A stretch of 64,000 nt of DNA from Wickerhamiella versatilis (GCA_030867685.1 JAQOWU010000008.1:1-64000); one strand, 5' to 3'. Positions 9,511 through 20,919 are shown, counted from the stretch's first letter. Numbers and translations: made by a program. The notes: a model not told the origin generated them from the letters alone.

Positions 9511-11268
9511 TCAAGCAAATCTTTCGTTCATCATAAGTAGTTCGTTAAGCAATAAATTATGATCAAAATCACCGGATGCAGATTCTGAATCATCCTTTCT
9601 TAACGCATTTTCTGCCTCAGAGATGCCACCTGAAAGAGAAGCTAGCTCTTTTTCCTTACGCTTCTTTAGAAGAGTAATGAGTTCCTTTGAAATTCCAATC
9701 GTATTCGAAACCTCTTGGGTGTTGAATTGCTGGCTCACTATATACATGGTTTTGATAATGTCCTGGATCTGTGATGTGAATTCAGGCTGATCAATCACGA
9801 TTACCATAGACAAAAGGTGGAACGGGACGTTGATGACCTGCCACCAAGGATGGGTCTTCGTGGCAAGCTCTTCACAGCAGGAAAGCGACTGCATTGCGAT
9901 TTTTACAAGGCCGCTAAGGGTTGATTCGCTCACATTAAAAACTTTCATACGACGGAATAACACAATTGCTAAGTAGCTTCGATCCAAAGAGACTACTGGG
10001 TCTGAAGTCTCAAATTCCATTAGGCTGTAAAGAGCATTATAGCATAACTCTGGTTCGATACCACCAGGCACGAAAATACTTTTAGTCTTGTCATAGATTT
10101 CTACAAGAGCAGGAGCCATGTCTCTTTCATCCGTTGCTACTGGATATTGACATCTGAGGCATGTGAAAGATATTCTAGGTAGGGCAATCTCCCGTGATAA
10201 CCAAGTGTTAAAAATTTCCAAGCACCAAAAAAGATGTCTCAAGTGATTAGGGTCCTGCTTGAGAGACCCCCATTTTCTCTCGTCGTTCAAGTTTATGAAG
10301 CTTGCTATTGTGGCCGACCGGGTGCATGCCACCCAGCAACTTATGGGTGTGGCAGTTAATCGGAGATATATCATGCGAAGCATCCATGCCATCACCTGAA
10401 ATACTCCAGCGGCATCAGCTGAGATATCGTCTACTGATCGTGGATGTTCCAGCGTATCTTGAACTTTCGAAAGGGTAATCTGCTCCAAATATGCTGTAAA
10501 TTCAGGATTGAAAACTTTATTTTTTCGAGAAAATAAACATCCAAGAGCTATAACACCACATATTACTGGCTTATAATAACTGGCTTCTCTGGAAATAGGT
10601 ACAGACCTATCATTATTATACTCAAACGTAACAAAATTTTCAAATTGATCCCTGTTGATGATACCATAGACCGGATTCACTGACTCGAAGAACGAACTAC
10701 TATAAATAAATAGTTGCTCAATCGAAATAAGAGAGGGTATTTCAGGAATATCTCCCCTCGGGAAATATTGTGGGCTTGGGATCCCAAAGTTAAAAGCAGG
10801 AGTTTGGAATTTGGATGAGTTCCTATAATCAAGCATCCCTATTAGTCTTTGAAAGGATGATGAGCTTGATATTGCATCAGATAATTCCTCCCTTAATCGC
10901 TCGCCACTCTCATCGTCCGAGCTACGAGAAGGTAACTCAATTCCAACCCTAACAATAGCTAGTACAGGCTTTTCGGTGCCATTCTGTCTAGTCTCCATAG
11001 TTAGATTTGATTCAGCTGTCCTATCTACATTTGGAGCGCAGTCTTGCACTTTATCAACTACCTCAACTGGCCTCGATGTCGACTCATAAATACACTCATA
11101 ATCGTAGCGAATACATGTACTGCAAGGCTTAAGTCCATTACAACGACGCCTACTTTTACGGCACCTGGTGCAGGCACCTCCATTCCGTATACGACGCGAA
11201 GTTTTGTTGAACGAAGGCTCGGATTTCCCCATAGCCAGTTGAACAAGATGACTCATCGTCGCCTCCAT
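9511..11268 (-). CDS. Zn(II)2Cys6 transcription factor (paralog of 24787-26577)
   Basis: CTRCRKSRRRCNGLKPCSTCIRYDYEC binuclear cluster plus a fungal TF middle region. Confidence 0.9.
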   Translation of the reverse strand: MEATMSHLVQLAMGKSEPSFNKTSRRIRNGGACTRCRKSRRRCNGLKPCSTCIRYDYECIYESTSRPVEVVDKVQDCAPNVDRTAESNLTMETRQNGTEKPVLAIVRVGIELPSRSSDDESGERLREELSDAISSSSSFQRLIGMLDYRNSSKFQTPAFNFGIPSPQYFPRGDIPEIPSLISIEQLFIYSSSFFESVNPVYGIINRDQFENFVTFEYNNDRSVPISREASYYKPVICGVIALGCLFSRKNKVFNPEFTAYLEQITLSKVQDTLEHPRSVDDISADAAGVFQVMAWMLRMIYLRLTATPISCWVACTRSATIASFINLNDERKWGSLKQDPNHLRHLFWCLEIFNTWLSREIALPRISFTCLRCQYPVATDERDMAPALVEIYDKTKSIFVPGGIEPELCYNALYSLMEFETSDPVVSLDRSYLAIVLFRRMKVFNVSESTLSGLVKIAMQSLSCCEELATKTHPWWQVINVPFHLLSMVIVIDQPEFTSQIQDIIKTMYIVSQQFNTQEVSNTIGISKELITLLKKRKEKELASLSGGISEAENALRKDDSESASGDFDHNLLLNELLMMNERFA

Positions 11269-11575
11269 TCCGTTCCGCTCCTATCATCGGGAGATGAATA
11301 GTTATGTTTCACAAGTCCAAATAGAGGACCTTAGATCTGTCTTGCTTAGGATCAAACGCCATGAGAGTAATATACTGGTTCTCTGTCAGGGTCGCGGAGC
11401 GAAGCTTAGATGATTAAAGAAACAGTAATGGCTGCTTTGATTGACCATGAAAGATAGCTCTAATGTGGTCATCTGATGACGCCTTTTCTGATTAAATTTT
11501 GAGAGGTTTGAACTTTACATTGGCGAGTTCTTCCGTCCTGATTCAAGTTCTTATTATGGTTTTTACGTTGATAGC

Positions 11576-11592
11576 AAGTGGACTATCTTGCA
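11576..11592 (+). repeat. Short relic of the 41-bp unit
   Basis: AAGTGGACTATCTTGCA (16/17 identity to the consensus). Confidence 0.65.
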
Positions 11593-11923
11593 CGTTTCTC
11601 GGGCTGGTCCGGGCTTGCTTTACGAGGGATCTTATCATCATCTGATTTCATTGTGAATGGAAGACCTTTCTGATCATAAAGATTCAAGAGTCCCTGAGAG
11701 CTACAGCATCGAGGGTGAGGCTACATACCTATATTTAACATATTGTCGACTTGTTATTCTCCCACTATAAGTTACGTTTCAAAGCTTTTTATATCCTTGC
11801 GTGCAAGATCACTGAATTCATTTTCAGAACGACCTTCAGTATTTATACTGTCAAATTAGGACATACATTTTAGTCATGATCAAGGCACAAAGTAATGGAA
11901 GGTGACGGGCAAATGGCAGCAGC

Positions 11924-11952
11924 AGTAGGCTATCTTGCATTGTCCAACCAGT
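11924..11952 (+). repeat. Partial 41-bp unit
   Basis: AGTAGGCTATCTTGCATTGTCCAACCAGT (28/29). Confidence 0.9.
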
Positions 11953-12415
11953 TCGGAATCTCCAGTCTTGCTGCAGACCACATGGCCATGTCCGTAGAGA
12001 AAAAACATCATTTTTCACATGATTTGCATTAACTCATTGCATGAAGAAATTTCCTTAGGCTTTGATGCGACTCACGTTGCTTTGCTTGTTTCAGCCACCA
12101 AAGTGAGCTATTCATTATATGACTGCAAAGTAATATTTTTTTTCTGTATATTCCTTTATATCTTTTTGTAATAGTAGACTATCGATGTATTATTCATACT
12201 AAGATACCTACTTAAATTTTATGTTGTCAAATCATGAAACATACTTTTCAGATCAGAATCAGCACATGAATAGGTGATTAATGAGATTATAAGTAGATGA
12301 TAAGTAGCGACTCCATACTCCATTCAGGTCAGCCAGGCGTAATATAACCGCCAAACTATGACCTACCTTTAGCATGTGATCAGTTCACCCACCCTGACTC
12401 CACCGCCAGAGCTGT

Positions 12416-12670
12416 CTATTCGTGGGGAATGCAGGCGTGGAATTGCGTCATATTTCATAACAGTAAGCAATTGGTGGCGCATAGTATAACACAAGGGCTA
12501 TTCGTGAGACCGGTAAATACGTATAATCTAATCGCGGAGAACATTAAGCGAATCATGTGCAATGTAAATTGATGTTAATCTTAAGTGGGCTTTCTTGTAT
12601 TGTCCAACCAGTCTCAGTATTGAAGTGACCAGTAGTATAAATTCTGAACCATCATCCTTATAGTGGGCTA
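12416..12670 (+). repeat. Dispersed repeat family A, copy 2, with a 41-bp unit at 12583-12627 and a stub at 12662-12670
   Basis: Match to 1483-1691; unit reads AAGTGGGCTTTCTTGTATTGTCCAACCAGTCTCAGTATTGAAGTG. Confidence 0.8.
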
Positions 12671-12818
12671 CAGATGCGAGCTGCACATTCAGTTGCACTT
12701 TGAGGCCATAGAGACCGTATTAAGATAAAAAGTCCTTTCTAGCATTTGATTTTATATTTATACAGGTAGTATGCTGCTCTTATGGCCTATAATGTAAGGA
12801 ATATTCCGTCCGACATTA

Positions 12819-12828
12819 TCCGATCGGA
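12819..12828. promoter_or_regulatory. Palindromic everted CGG site TCCGATCGGA (putative Zn2Cys6 binding site)
   Basis: About 117 bp upstream of ATG 12945 and upstream of TATAAA at 12891. The same core recurs upstream of three other nearby genes. Confidence 0.5.
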
Positions 12829-12944
12829 CATTGTCGCATACGCTCAAGCGGTATGGGTTTAAGGCTTGTATCCTCGGAGTTGATATGTCCTATAAATACG
12901 GCTTCAGGCTATGTAGACTATTCATAGAAGATCAGAATTGAGCA

Positions 12945-13880
12945 ATGGAGAACCGAGTTACAAAAGTGTTTGGACTTCGATATCCAGTGATCCAAGCTCC
13001 GCTTCTCTGGAACACGAATGCGGAGTTTGTAGCCGCCGTAAGTAGAGCAGGCGGATTGGGTGTGCTTGGTCCTAATGCGGGTCAAAACAAGAAACCGGCA
13101 AATCTCGATGAATTTAGTGAGAATTTACATGACCAAATTCGGAAAGTGCGAAGCCTGACTGAAAAACCATTTGGCGTAAACTTATTACCACCAGATGCTA
13201 CGCATGATAGTGGATTCACAGATGCAACCCAAAGAGTGATTCTTGAGGAGAAACCTCCAATAGCTGTTGTGGTTGCATCTAATCAAAGTATCGCAATGCC
13301 TTATGTCAAAGAATGCCGAGAGGCTAGGGTAAAAGTAATTTACCGTGATTTCAGTCCAACAGTTGACCTCGCAATTCAGGCTGAGAAGGCCGGAATTGAT
13401 GCCTATGTCGCAACAGGATTCGAGGAAGGTGGTGAGCTTCCTCGAAACCACATTTCTACCCTCGTTCTGGTACCTCAGATTGCTAAGGCGCTTAGCGTCC
13501 CCGTGATCGGATGTGGTGCTATTGTTTCGACAGAAACTGCGGCTGCCGTTAAGGTGCTAGGTGCTGAAGGTGTGTACGCTGGCACTCGTTTTATTACTAC
13601 ACACGAGTCTCCTACTGCAGGTAATGTCAAGGAGATTATACTGAAAGCTAAATCAGAAGACATGATAGAAGTGGGGGAGAACGTTATTCTGAACGAAGAA
13701 CGTATTGTGAAACGTGCTGATGGCCATGTACCAGAAAAGGTATGGGGTAAAGACTACTACGAGATGATGAATGGCGACCTCTCTAAGGGTAACGTTGTGG
13801 TGGACGAGGCGGTAGGCGCAATCAACGAGCTGTTGTCAGTTAAAGAGGTAGTGGAAATGTTGGGCATGCCATTTGTCTAA
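12945..13880 (+). CDS. Nitronate monooxygenase / 2-nitropropane dioxygenase-FabK family flavoprotein, bacterial type
   Basis: YPVIQAPL, AAVSRAGGLGVLG, KPFGVNLL, GFEEGG, LGAEGVYAGTRFITTHES. Confidence 0.85.
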   Translation: MENRVTKVFGLRYPVIQAPLLWNTNAEFVAAVSRAGGLGVLGPNAGQNKKPANLDEFSENLHDQIRKVRSLTEKPFGVNLLPPDATHDSGFTDATQRVILEEKPPIAVVVASNQSIAMPYVKECREARVKVIYRDFSPTVDLAIQAEKAGIDAYVATGFEEGGELPRNHISTLVLVPQIAKALSVPVIGCGAIVSTETAAAVKVLGAEGVYAGTRFITTHESPTAGNVKEIILKAKSEDMIEVGENVILNEERIVKRADGHVPEKVWGKDYYEMMNGDLSKGNVVVDEAVGAINELLSVKEVVEMLGMPFV

Positions 13881-13952
13881 AATTGCATATTACTAAATGA
13901 TAATGTATGTATGACTATCAAAAAATTACGAGTGAATCCTAATTCTGAGCGC

Positions 13953-13969
13953 TGCAAGATAGCCCACTT
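13953..13969 (-). repeat. Short relic of the 41-bp unit (inverted)
   Basis: TGCAAGATAGCCCACTT is the exact reverse complement of AAGTGGGCTATCTTGCA. Confidence 0.8.
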
Positions 13970-14353
13970 TTGCCCCACAGAACCTATTCCGCGTTAAATC
14001 ATGTGACTAAATTTATGAGGCTGGTTGGAGAGCTCTGTCGTGCTGCTAGGGCTTTGAAATGGATTTTGTATGAACTACAAGACTCCCAAATGGTATTCTA
14101 TTGCGATTTTCCATATTTAAGATGAATGTTTTTGTTATGAGTAAGGGATAAGCTTCCAAAATCTACTAAAGATACCAAGGTTTGCCCAAGGAAGAGAAGG
14201 GTCTAGCCACCATTGATATGTCATGGGACCACTGAGAGAATTTTCTCTTCAATTTGCCTTTGATTCACACTCAGGAATCATGCATACTGTGATACTTGCT
14301 CATTTACGAATAACTCTAAATTTTCTTATCAAAATAGTTAAATAATGTCGAAA

Positions 14354-16054
14354 TTAGGCATCTGGATCTCCTCCTCCGTATTTAGCATACGCTCGATTAC
14401 GAAGCTCGTTGCCCTTAATAAGAAGGTAGATGGGTAAGCCTAGTAGTGCCAACGCAATAATTCCCAAAATGGTGGATCCCCAGCCAATAGGAAAGTCATC
14501 AATTGATATGTTATGGAACAATGCTCTTCCAAATAGAGGAGCGGCACCTCCAAGCATAGCTCGGGCAATACCGTTACTGGCATAGGCTGATGCGACCCTA
14601 GAGGGGGGGTAAATTGAACCAATGAGCGACAAATAGGCCTGAAAAATCACCCAGCAGCCACTGCCCCATATGGTTAGTCCTATCAAAGGGACGATCCAAT
14701 GAATCCTTGGAGATGATGTCCATCCAAAAATCAGCATACCAACCGGAATCAGCAAGGAGGCCAATATCGCCACAGAAGAGAAAATAGCAATGGGATTAGC
14801 CTTTGTATCATTTTTGATCGGTTGGACTAGTTTTTTGTGGAGCAAAAGCCCGTAAGGACCGGCGGTAATTACTATGCCCACAACCATAGCCAAATAGGCG
14901 CATGTTTGAGTAATAGTGGTCCAGTGATAAGTTTCGTCAAAAACCAGTGGGAAAGATTCGAAAAAAAGGTAAAAAAGGAAGTACACAAGAGCCAAGTGTA
15001 TATCGAGAAGGGCTAATACTGGTTCCTTGATTGTGAGTTCAAGTGGTCTCCAGAAAATATGTTTCAAAACATGACTCGTCTTTTGGTTCTTTCCCAGGAT
15101 TTCCCATTCGGAAACGATGTTGGGATTGTTAAGGCGCTTACGAAGGTAGCGGGCCTTTTTCATAAGCAAAGCCTGCTCGTTCGTTTCAGGGAAAAGAAGT
15201 ACCAAGAAAATAAAGATAAATCCCGCCAGTATAGCAAGGAACCAGAAAATCATTCGCCAGCCACGAGCGACAAACATTGATGCACCTAAGATTGGGCCAA
15301 TAAAAGGTCCGGAAATCGCTGCCGCACCCCAAATAATGATGGCATATGCCAGCTGAGGAAATGCAAAAAGATCCGCGTATGTTGCCGCTCCGGTGTTAAG
15401 GCATGGTGCTGCCATGCATCCAGCAAGTAATCTTAGCACTGCAAACGGTGCTACGTGGTTTGTAAGTGCAGTGGGAATCTGGAAGATAATAAATAAGAAG
15501 TGGCTAGCCACATACACGTACAGGCGCCCCCCAAATATAGGGTTCTCGCTCATTGGCGCTACCCATAGCGATGAGATTCCATAACCCCAGATGAACAATG
15601 TTACACCTAATGCCAACTTGGTGGTAGTAGTACCGAAATGCTCGAGCATTGCACTTTGACCTGGAGTGTATATGGCTGCACCCATATACAGAGTCTGTGT
15701 GCATATTCCCATAATGAATGATACGATAGCTTTTTTAGATAGGCGCCAATTCCGCGGATGATGCTTATCATCTTCTGAGTCCCAGGTCACGATAATTGGT
15801 TGCGGCATCTTTTCATCTGTGGAGCTCGAATTCATCGGGTAGCATTCACTCTTTTTAGTGATACTCGTGTCATAGGTGGCAGGAGCCTCGGAGTCACTAC
15901 CATCATTACAATGTAAGTACCGAGAAGGAATCTCATAGTCATTTCGCAGATAATGAGGTTTGTTGAGTTTCCCACTACTCAGCCAATAAACGAGCTCTCC
16001 AGCAAAGCTTTCTTGAGCTAATTCAGATACGCTGTTGAATATCTGAGCTGGCAT
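14354..16054 (-). CDS. MFS drug:H+ antiporter (DHA1, Flr1/Mdr1-like)
   Basis: VTWDSEDDKHHPRNW, APMSENPIFGGR, GPFIGPILG, FPET, LYFLFFESFP; about 12 TM segments. Confidence 0.9.
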   Translation of the reverse strand: MPAQIFNSVSELAQESFAGELVYWLSSGKLNKPHYLRNDYEIPSRYLHCNDGSDSEAPATYDTSITKKSECYPMNSSSTDEKMPQPIIVTWDSEDDKHHPRNWRLSKKAIVSFIMGICTQTLYMGAAIYTPGQSAMLEHFGTTTTKLALGVTLFIWGYGISSLWVAPMSENPIFGGRLYVYVASHFLFIIFQIPTALTNHVAPFAVLRLLAGCMAAPCLNTGAATYADLFAFPQLAYAIIIWGAAAISGPFIGPILGASMFVARGWRMIFWFLAILAGFIFIFLVLLFPETNEQALLMKKARYLRKRLNNPNIVSEWEILGKNQKTSHVLKHIFWRPLELTIKEPVLALLDIHLALVYFLFYLFFESFPLVFDETYHWTTITQTCAYLAMVVGIVITAGPYGLLLHKKLVQPIKNDTKANPIAIFSSVAILASLLIPVGMLIFGWTSSPRIHWIVPLIGLTIWGSGCWVIFQAYLSLIGSIYPPSRVASAYASNGIARAMLGGAAPLFGRALFHNISIDDFPIGWGSTILGIIALALLGLPIYLLIKGNELRNRAYAKYGGGDPDA

Positions 16055-16646
16055 CAATCGGATAACTAGAGCTCTGGAGGCTGCAAAGTAAAAGCCTTTT
16101 AACCGTTATAATGTGGTTAGGGCATTTGTCATATTACATAACAACGGAGAGGGTAGTCTAGATTTTGCGGAACAAAAAGAGAAGATATACAGCTAACATA
16201 TGCCATTGAGAATTCATAAGCAGAAAAAATCGCATTAAGCGCGTGATTCACAAATTAAGACAAGATGGACTCAATGAAGTTACTGAACCTCCTAGAAAAA
16301 TCAGCTAAAAATCTTTCCAAAGCATGGTACGTAATCCATGCATGTCAGGCACGCGAATTCCAAATTGATGATCTTACTTCCTATCTTGACACCTATCAGG
16401 AGTTACAACAAATATTTGCTCTCCAGTATTTCACATCCCTTGATTTATTTACGTAGAATTTGACGGGAAAGAGAAAAGCACTAGGTACAAAGTAGCCGTA
16501 CTGGCCATTAATGATTACATCAGAAGAAGAATTCGAGCGGATAGGATCGGCATATCGGATATCGTGGATTATAAATCGTATTTACTGTGGGAGCCAATTC
16601 GCGAGGTGGGTATAATCTGAGTACCATCATTATCGCATAGTCTCGT

Positions 16647-16670
16647 GTTGGATAATACAAGATGCCCACT
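16647..16670 (-). repeat. Degenerate relic of the 41-bp unit (inverted)
   Basis: Reverse complement AGTGGGCATCTTGTATTATCCAAC versus consensus AGTGGGCTATCTTGCATTGTCCAAC. Confidence 0.7.
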
Positions 16671-16921
16671 GATCCCAAAATGATAACCAAATGCCTGTGC
16701 TGAGAGGCAGAGGCAGAGATTCACGAAGGTTCACATGCCAACTATACATAAACGCTCCTTTTTTTAAGCGCGGACTGCCATCAAATTCGTCATGCCAGCC
16801 GCACATCAAGTACGCATCAAAAATGCTGTTGTCGAAAAATCAATAACATATACACTGTATGATCAACTATTCTGGCTTCAACGTACTACGCTATGTAAAG
16901 CACTGCTTATAGAAACGCCAT

Positions 16922-17941
16922 TTACTTTTGCTGCGCCATAAGAACAGTCTCGTCTTCCCAACCGCTCTCAGTAAGAGAAATCCGCTCTTGTCTACGATTG
17001 TTGAAAAAAACACGGTAGACGTCGGGGCGTGAGTAGTGCCCTACAGGGTCAAGAACGGAACGAGCAAGGTCAATTTTACGGCTGTCGACAGTAGCGTATA
17101 AAACTCCCTCAGCAGTGGAGTCCTCCATCTTTGCGATAATTCCTCCATCAGGCCCATAGATATGCGAGAAAGCGCCACCAGGAGCAATAAGCTTCAGGCG
17201 TTCCTTATCACCTTCGCATAGAATATCAACCATCTCCTGGTTTACTAGCTGGAATGGTGAAAGTGTATAGACCCCGTTTTCGCAGGCAAGTGCCTGAGTG
17301 ACAGCACAATTGACTTTGCCGTCACAACCACCTTGGTAGGAGTCAGCCATATCATTATACCAGGCAAATCCGGGCCACGCTGCAATGTGGACTTGCTCTC
17401 CATGCGCACACAAAGTATAGCGGTTCAGGGAAAGAATGTTCTCCCAGCAACTAAGAGCACCTATTCTTCCCAGACCAGGGATCTCATCCACCCCAATATC
17501 GCTTCCATCTCCCTCACCAAAGACCCAGCGCTCACAATGAGTGGGACGGAGCTTTCTGCGGCGGCGAATAATTTCACCGTCAGGACCGACGATCCACTGG
17601 GCAATGAACAGGGTACTACCAATTTTTTCAGTGAGCCCGAGGACGACACAGATATCCAGCTCCTTAGCGGCATCTTGGATACGAATGGCATCCGGACTAC
17701 CATAAACGAGAGCATTGTCATAGTACTTGTTCACGAACCCTTCGTTGATGGCATGGGCCGGAGACTGGAGCCAGATCCAGTAGGGATAACCTGGAACAAA
17801 ACACTCAGGGAATGCTACCAGCTTACAGCCCTCAGCTGCGACTTCTTTCATATATGCGATAACCTTATCAACTGACTTGGCTCTGTCCAAGAAGGCAGGT
17901 GCGGCTTGTACGGCAGCTACTTTGTACTCGAAATGACTCAT
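16922..17941 (-). CDS. Nitrilase (carbon-nitrogen hydrolase family)
   Basis: KVAAVQAAPAFLD; catalytic triad E (FPEC), K (RRKLRPTHCER), C (LSCWEN); DPVGHYSRPDV. Likely ATG at 17941. Confidence 0.92.
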   Translation of the reverse strand: MSHFEYKVAAVQAAPAFLDRAKSVDKVIAYMKEVAAEGCKLVAFPECFVPGYPYWIWLQSPAHAINEGFVNKYYDNALVYGSPDAIRIQDAAKELDICVVLGLTEKIGSTLFIAQWIVGPDGEIIRRRRKLRPTHCERWVFGEGDGSDIGVDEIPGLGRIGALSCWENILSLNRYTLCAHGEQVHIAAWPGFAWYNDMADSYQGGCDGKVNCAVTQALACENGVYTLSPFQLVNQEMVDILCEGDKERLKLIAPGGAFSHIYGPDGGIIAKMEDSTAEGVLYATVDSRKIDLARSVLDPVGHYSRPDVYRVFFNNRRQERISLTESGWEDETVLMAQQK

Positions 17942-19091
17942 ATAGGGATAGGCGGTATGAAGTAAGGCGAAGTGGCCTAAAGAGAAGTGATTAATGTTGG
18001 CAGAGTAGAGAAGGTGGGCTGTATTTATAGTGCGATCTGGAATAGCGTGTTTATCATGAAGGCTTACCCTAAGGGTTGAGTACTTTTTTATCCTTACCCT
18101 CCTTCCATCGGACACTTAGACCAGGAATCCGCCCTGCCCCTTCCAATGGAATTTTCCTCTGTACTAATTCAAGAGTACTCCAATATGTGTCTATTTCTGA
18201 AAGGAATCGATCAGCTGTCTATAAAAGCTGCTAAATCGTTTTTACATTGAACACACTCTATCCCGAAGTGTCCCCAAATCCTGGGCGCAAGATATGGAGT
18301 GCGCGATGACTTAGCAGGAGAACTTAAGCCACTAATGCCGTCTCGATTATAGGACCAGTGGGTCAAAAGATCATGGGAATTTTTTAATAGAATGCAGTTT
18401 AACGCAGTATTATTGGCCTTATTTCTATATACTGCATTTATGTGGTGAATTATAACCACTTCTCAGGTGAACTTACAAAAGCCGACCGTTCCCGATAACA
18501 GGCTCGGCGATTTACATCGGGCATAAGATAAGAGATATCTGTGTCGCAATAGTGAAAATGCCAAATTAATTAATTGATTTGTTTGTAGTACGACACTTCT
18601 AAGGACTCCGAATATAAACGCAGTTATCATTTAAGTTATACATACCATCTGTGGTTATAGTACAAGTGGCAATATTTAAATGCCAGACAACGTAAATTGA
18701 ATAAACTGACCTACAGAATTCACTTCTATCCGGACTTTTTCTACCAGGACGGCTAGCTCTTCTCTTCTTGACAGACAACTATTAAAGTCTGAATATGTCG
18801 AAGCTCGTTGACGGGGTTATGTTGGCGTTTCCGGCTTTCTCAAGACAACTAATCGGACACTAGTCTCTAAATTCATCAATATCAAGTAAACATCTACTGA
18901 TCCTCTGAATCCTAGAAGAAATTCAGCACTTCAATCTTTCAATTGAGCATTTACCGATGAGGCCGATGATCTTTGACAATCTCAATTACGTGTTAAATAT
19001 GCATCTAGAAACCGCAATATTCCTAATTAATCGCATAATGCTGATTTCTTTCTCTTTAAATATCCAGCATAAGCCAGTTCATAATGCTAAG

Positions 19092-20688
19092 ATGGTCATG
19101 ACTGAAAAGTATTCTCACTCTGCTTCCACTCAGAAAAAGACTCACTATCAAGCAGAGAGCGAAATCGGTGTTGGAGAGGTTGTAGATGATTTTCATATCC
19201 CATCAAGAGAGGAAATTAATTCCCTGGTAGAAAAAATGGAGGTCGAATATGGGGTCAGCGACAAGAGGATCATGAGAAAAACATATTTCTGGATTATTAT
19301 CCCCTGTTTCCTCGTGTTTCTCATACAGTTCCTCGATGTTGTCAATGTGTCTAATGCTAATGCCTACGACTTTGGTGCGAAGCCTGACCCCAGTGTTTCG
19401 CGTTATATGAGAGGACTTGGACTCGTGGGAAAAGATTTCAACATAGGTATAGGCCTTTTCTACACGGCTTATACTATTTTCGATGTCCCAAACAATTTTT
19501 GCACCGAAAGATTGAAGCCACATATCTGGCTACCTGCCCTGATATTTGTATTTGGGGGGGGTAACAATAGCCCAAGGCTTCGTGACAAACAAGAGTGGTT
19601 ACTTCGGGGTAAGATTTGTCCTCGGGATGATTGATTCTGGACTTACTTGCGGGCCTTACTTTGTCTTAAGCACCTGGCTACGCCGAGATGAATGCCTGAA
19701 ACATTTTATGTTTGCTTTTTCGGGATGTTCCGTAGGGGGCGCGATCGCCGGAATCATAGCATATGGAATGCACACACTAGATGGAAAACTTGGAATTGCG
19801 CATTGGCGTTGGATATTTATAATTGAAGGTGCGATTATAAGTTTTCTCGCTATAGTGCTTTATTTCTGGATAGATGATTTCCCGGAGACCGCAAAATTCC
19901 TGTCCGAAAATGAAAGGGCTTTTGTCGTCCGTAAGCTTGAACTTGATCACGGAAAAAATGGTGATAAAAAAATCACATTGCCTGACGTACTGTCTGTATT
20001 CAGAGACTGGAGGCTATATGTTGCCGGTTTCATGTATTATGGAGGACTCACAGGTGCCTTCGGGTATGCCAATTTCGCCACAGCTATTCTGAAGCCCTTG
20101 GCCAGCGACCCTATGCAGATCCAAGTAAAATCAATCTATCCTTGGGTACTTTCCGCGGGGGGCAGTGTTCTGGTCGGTTTACTATCGGATTACCTGCGCC
20201 ACCGGTTCTTCTTCGTTTTTTCATCTGGTGCAGTCACTGTGGTTGGTTATGCAATGCTTCTTGGACTCGATGCTGCTGATTCCGACGGAAATCCTCTCAA
20301 CGTAGAGGCTCGTTATGCTGCCTTATTCCTTATAACTTTTGGGCTCTTTTGTAATCTTCCATTGACTGGATGCTGGGCGCTGATGAATGTCTCCGGGCAT
20401 CATCGTAAACTAGTAGTTGCCGGGTGGTACATGGGATTCTGCGCGACTGGGGGGATAATTTCGTCTTTTGACTACAGGACTCAAGACAGCCCACAGTTTT
20501 CTATTGGAATAGGAGTAAGCATGGCACTTATGATGTTTTCCATGCTTGTTGCATGTCTGAATTACGCTGTACTTCGTCGCATAAACAAATCTAGGAGAGA
20601 AGACGATTTTTCGACCTGGGATCAGCTAAATCACCATGAGAAATGTATGGCTGGAGATTTAAATCCAAAATTCACCTATCAGTTATAG
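19092..20688 (+). CDS. MFS anion:cation symporter (Tna1/Dal5 family) with an apparent +1 frameshift at the G8 run 19554-19561
   Basis: Two overlapping ORFs join into one transporter: FLDVVNVSNA...FDVPNN | RFVLG, WRWIFIIEG, DDFPETAKFLSENER, C-terminal DLNPKFTYQL. Confidence 0.85.
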
Positions 20689-20911
20689 TATAAGTACTTT
20701 ACGCTAATACCCCGAAAGACAATTAGGCTGGGTAGAACCGAATTGCTAAACAGGATACCGAGATACGCGTTGACCACTATCATGGAGCCTACTATTATAC
20801 TAGTCCGAAATCTTAATTTACGTTCTACGGCTGTTTTAGGCTGGGATATTTGTTCTGCCGAGGCGTATATGCAAATCTCCTCAGCCTCGGCCTGGTCTGC
20901 AGATATGATCT

Positions 20912-20919
20912 CCGATCGG
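20912..20919. promoter_or_regulatory. CCGATCGG site upstream of the nitroreductase
   Basis: Exact motif about 150 bp upstream of ATG 21070; TATATAAA near 21023. Confidence 0.45.

Noticed and set aside
17333-17875. Long antisense or overlapping ORFs (for example 17333-17875, 41443-41946, 43283-43741, 34350-34781)
   Set aside because: They are shadows of well-supported genes, with no independent motifs.
17942-18115. N-terminal extensions from GTG/TTG or far-upstream starts in the ORF track (nitrilase, ADH, thioredoxin, MarR-GNAT, TF at 48929)
   Set aside because: The context is eukaryotic and family homology begins at downstream ATGs, which I used instead.
18454-18472. Very weak 41-bp-like stubs (18454, 36792, 37864, 37921, 38205, 44947, 58685)
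   Set aside because: Matches of 9-12 bp or gapped matches could be chance, so I did not count them as confident relics without a profile search.
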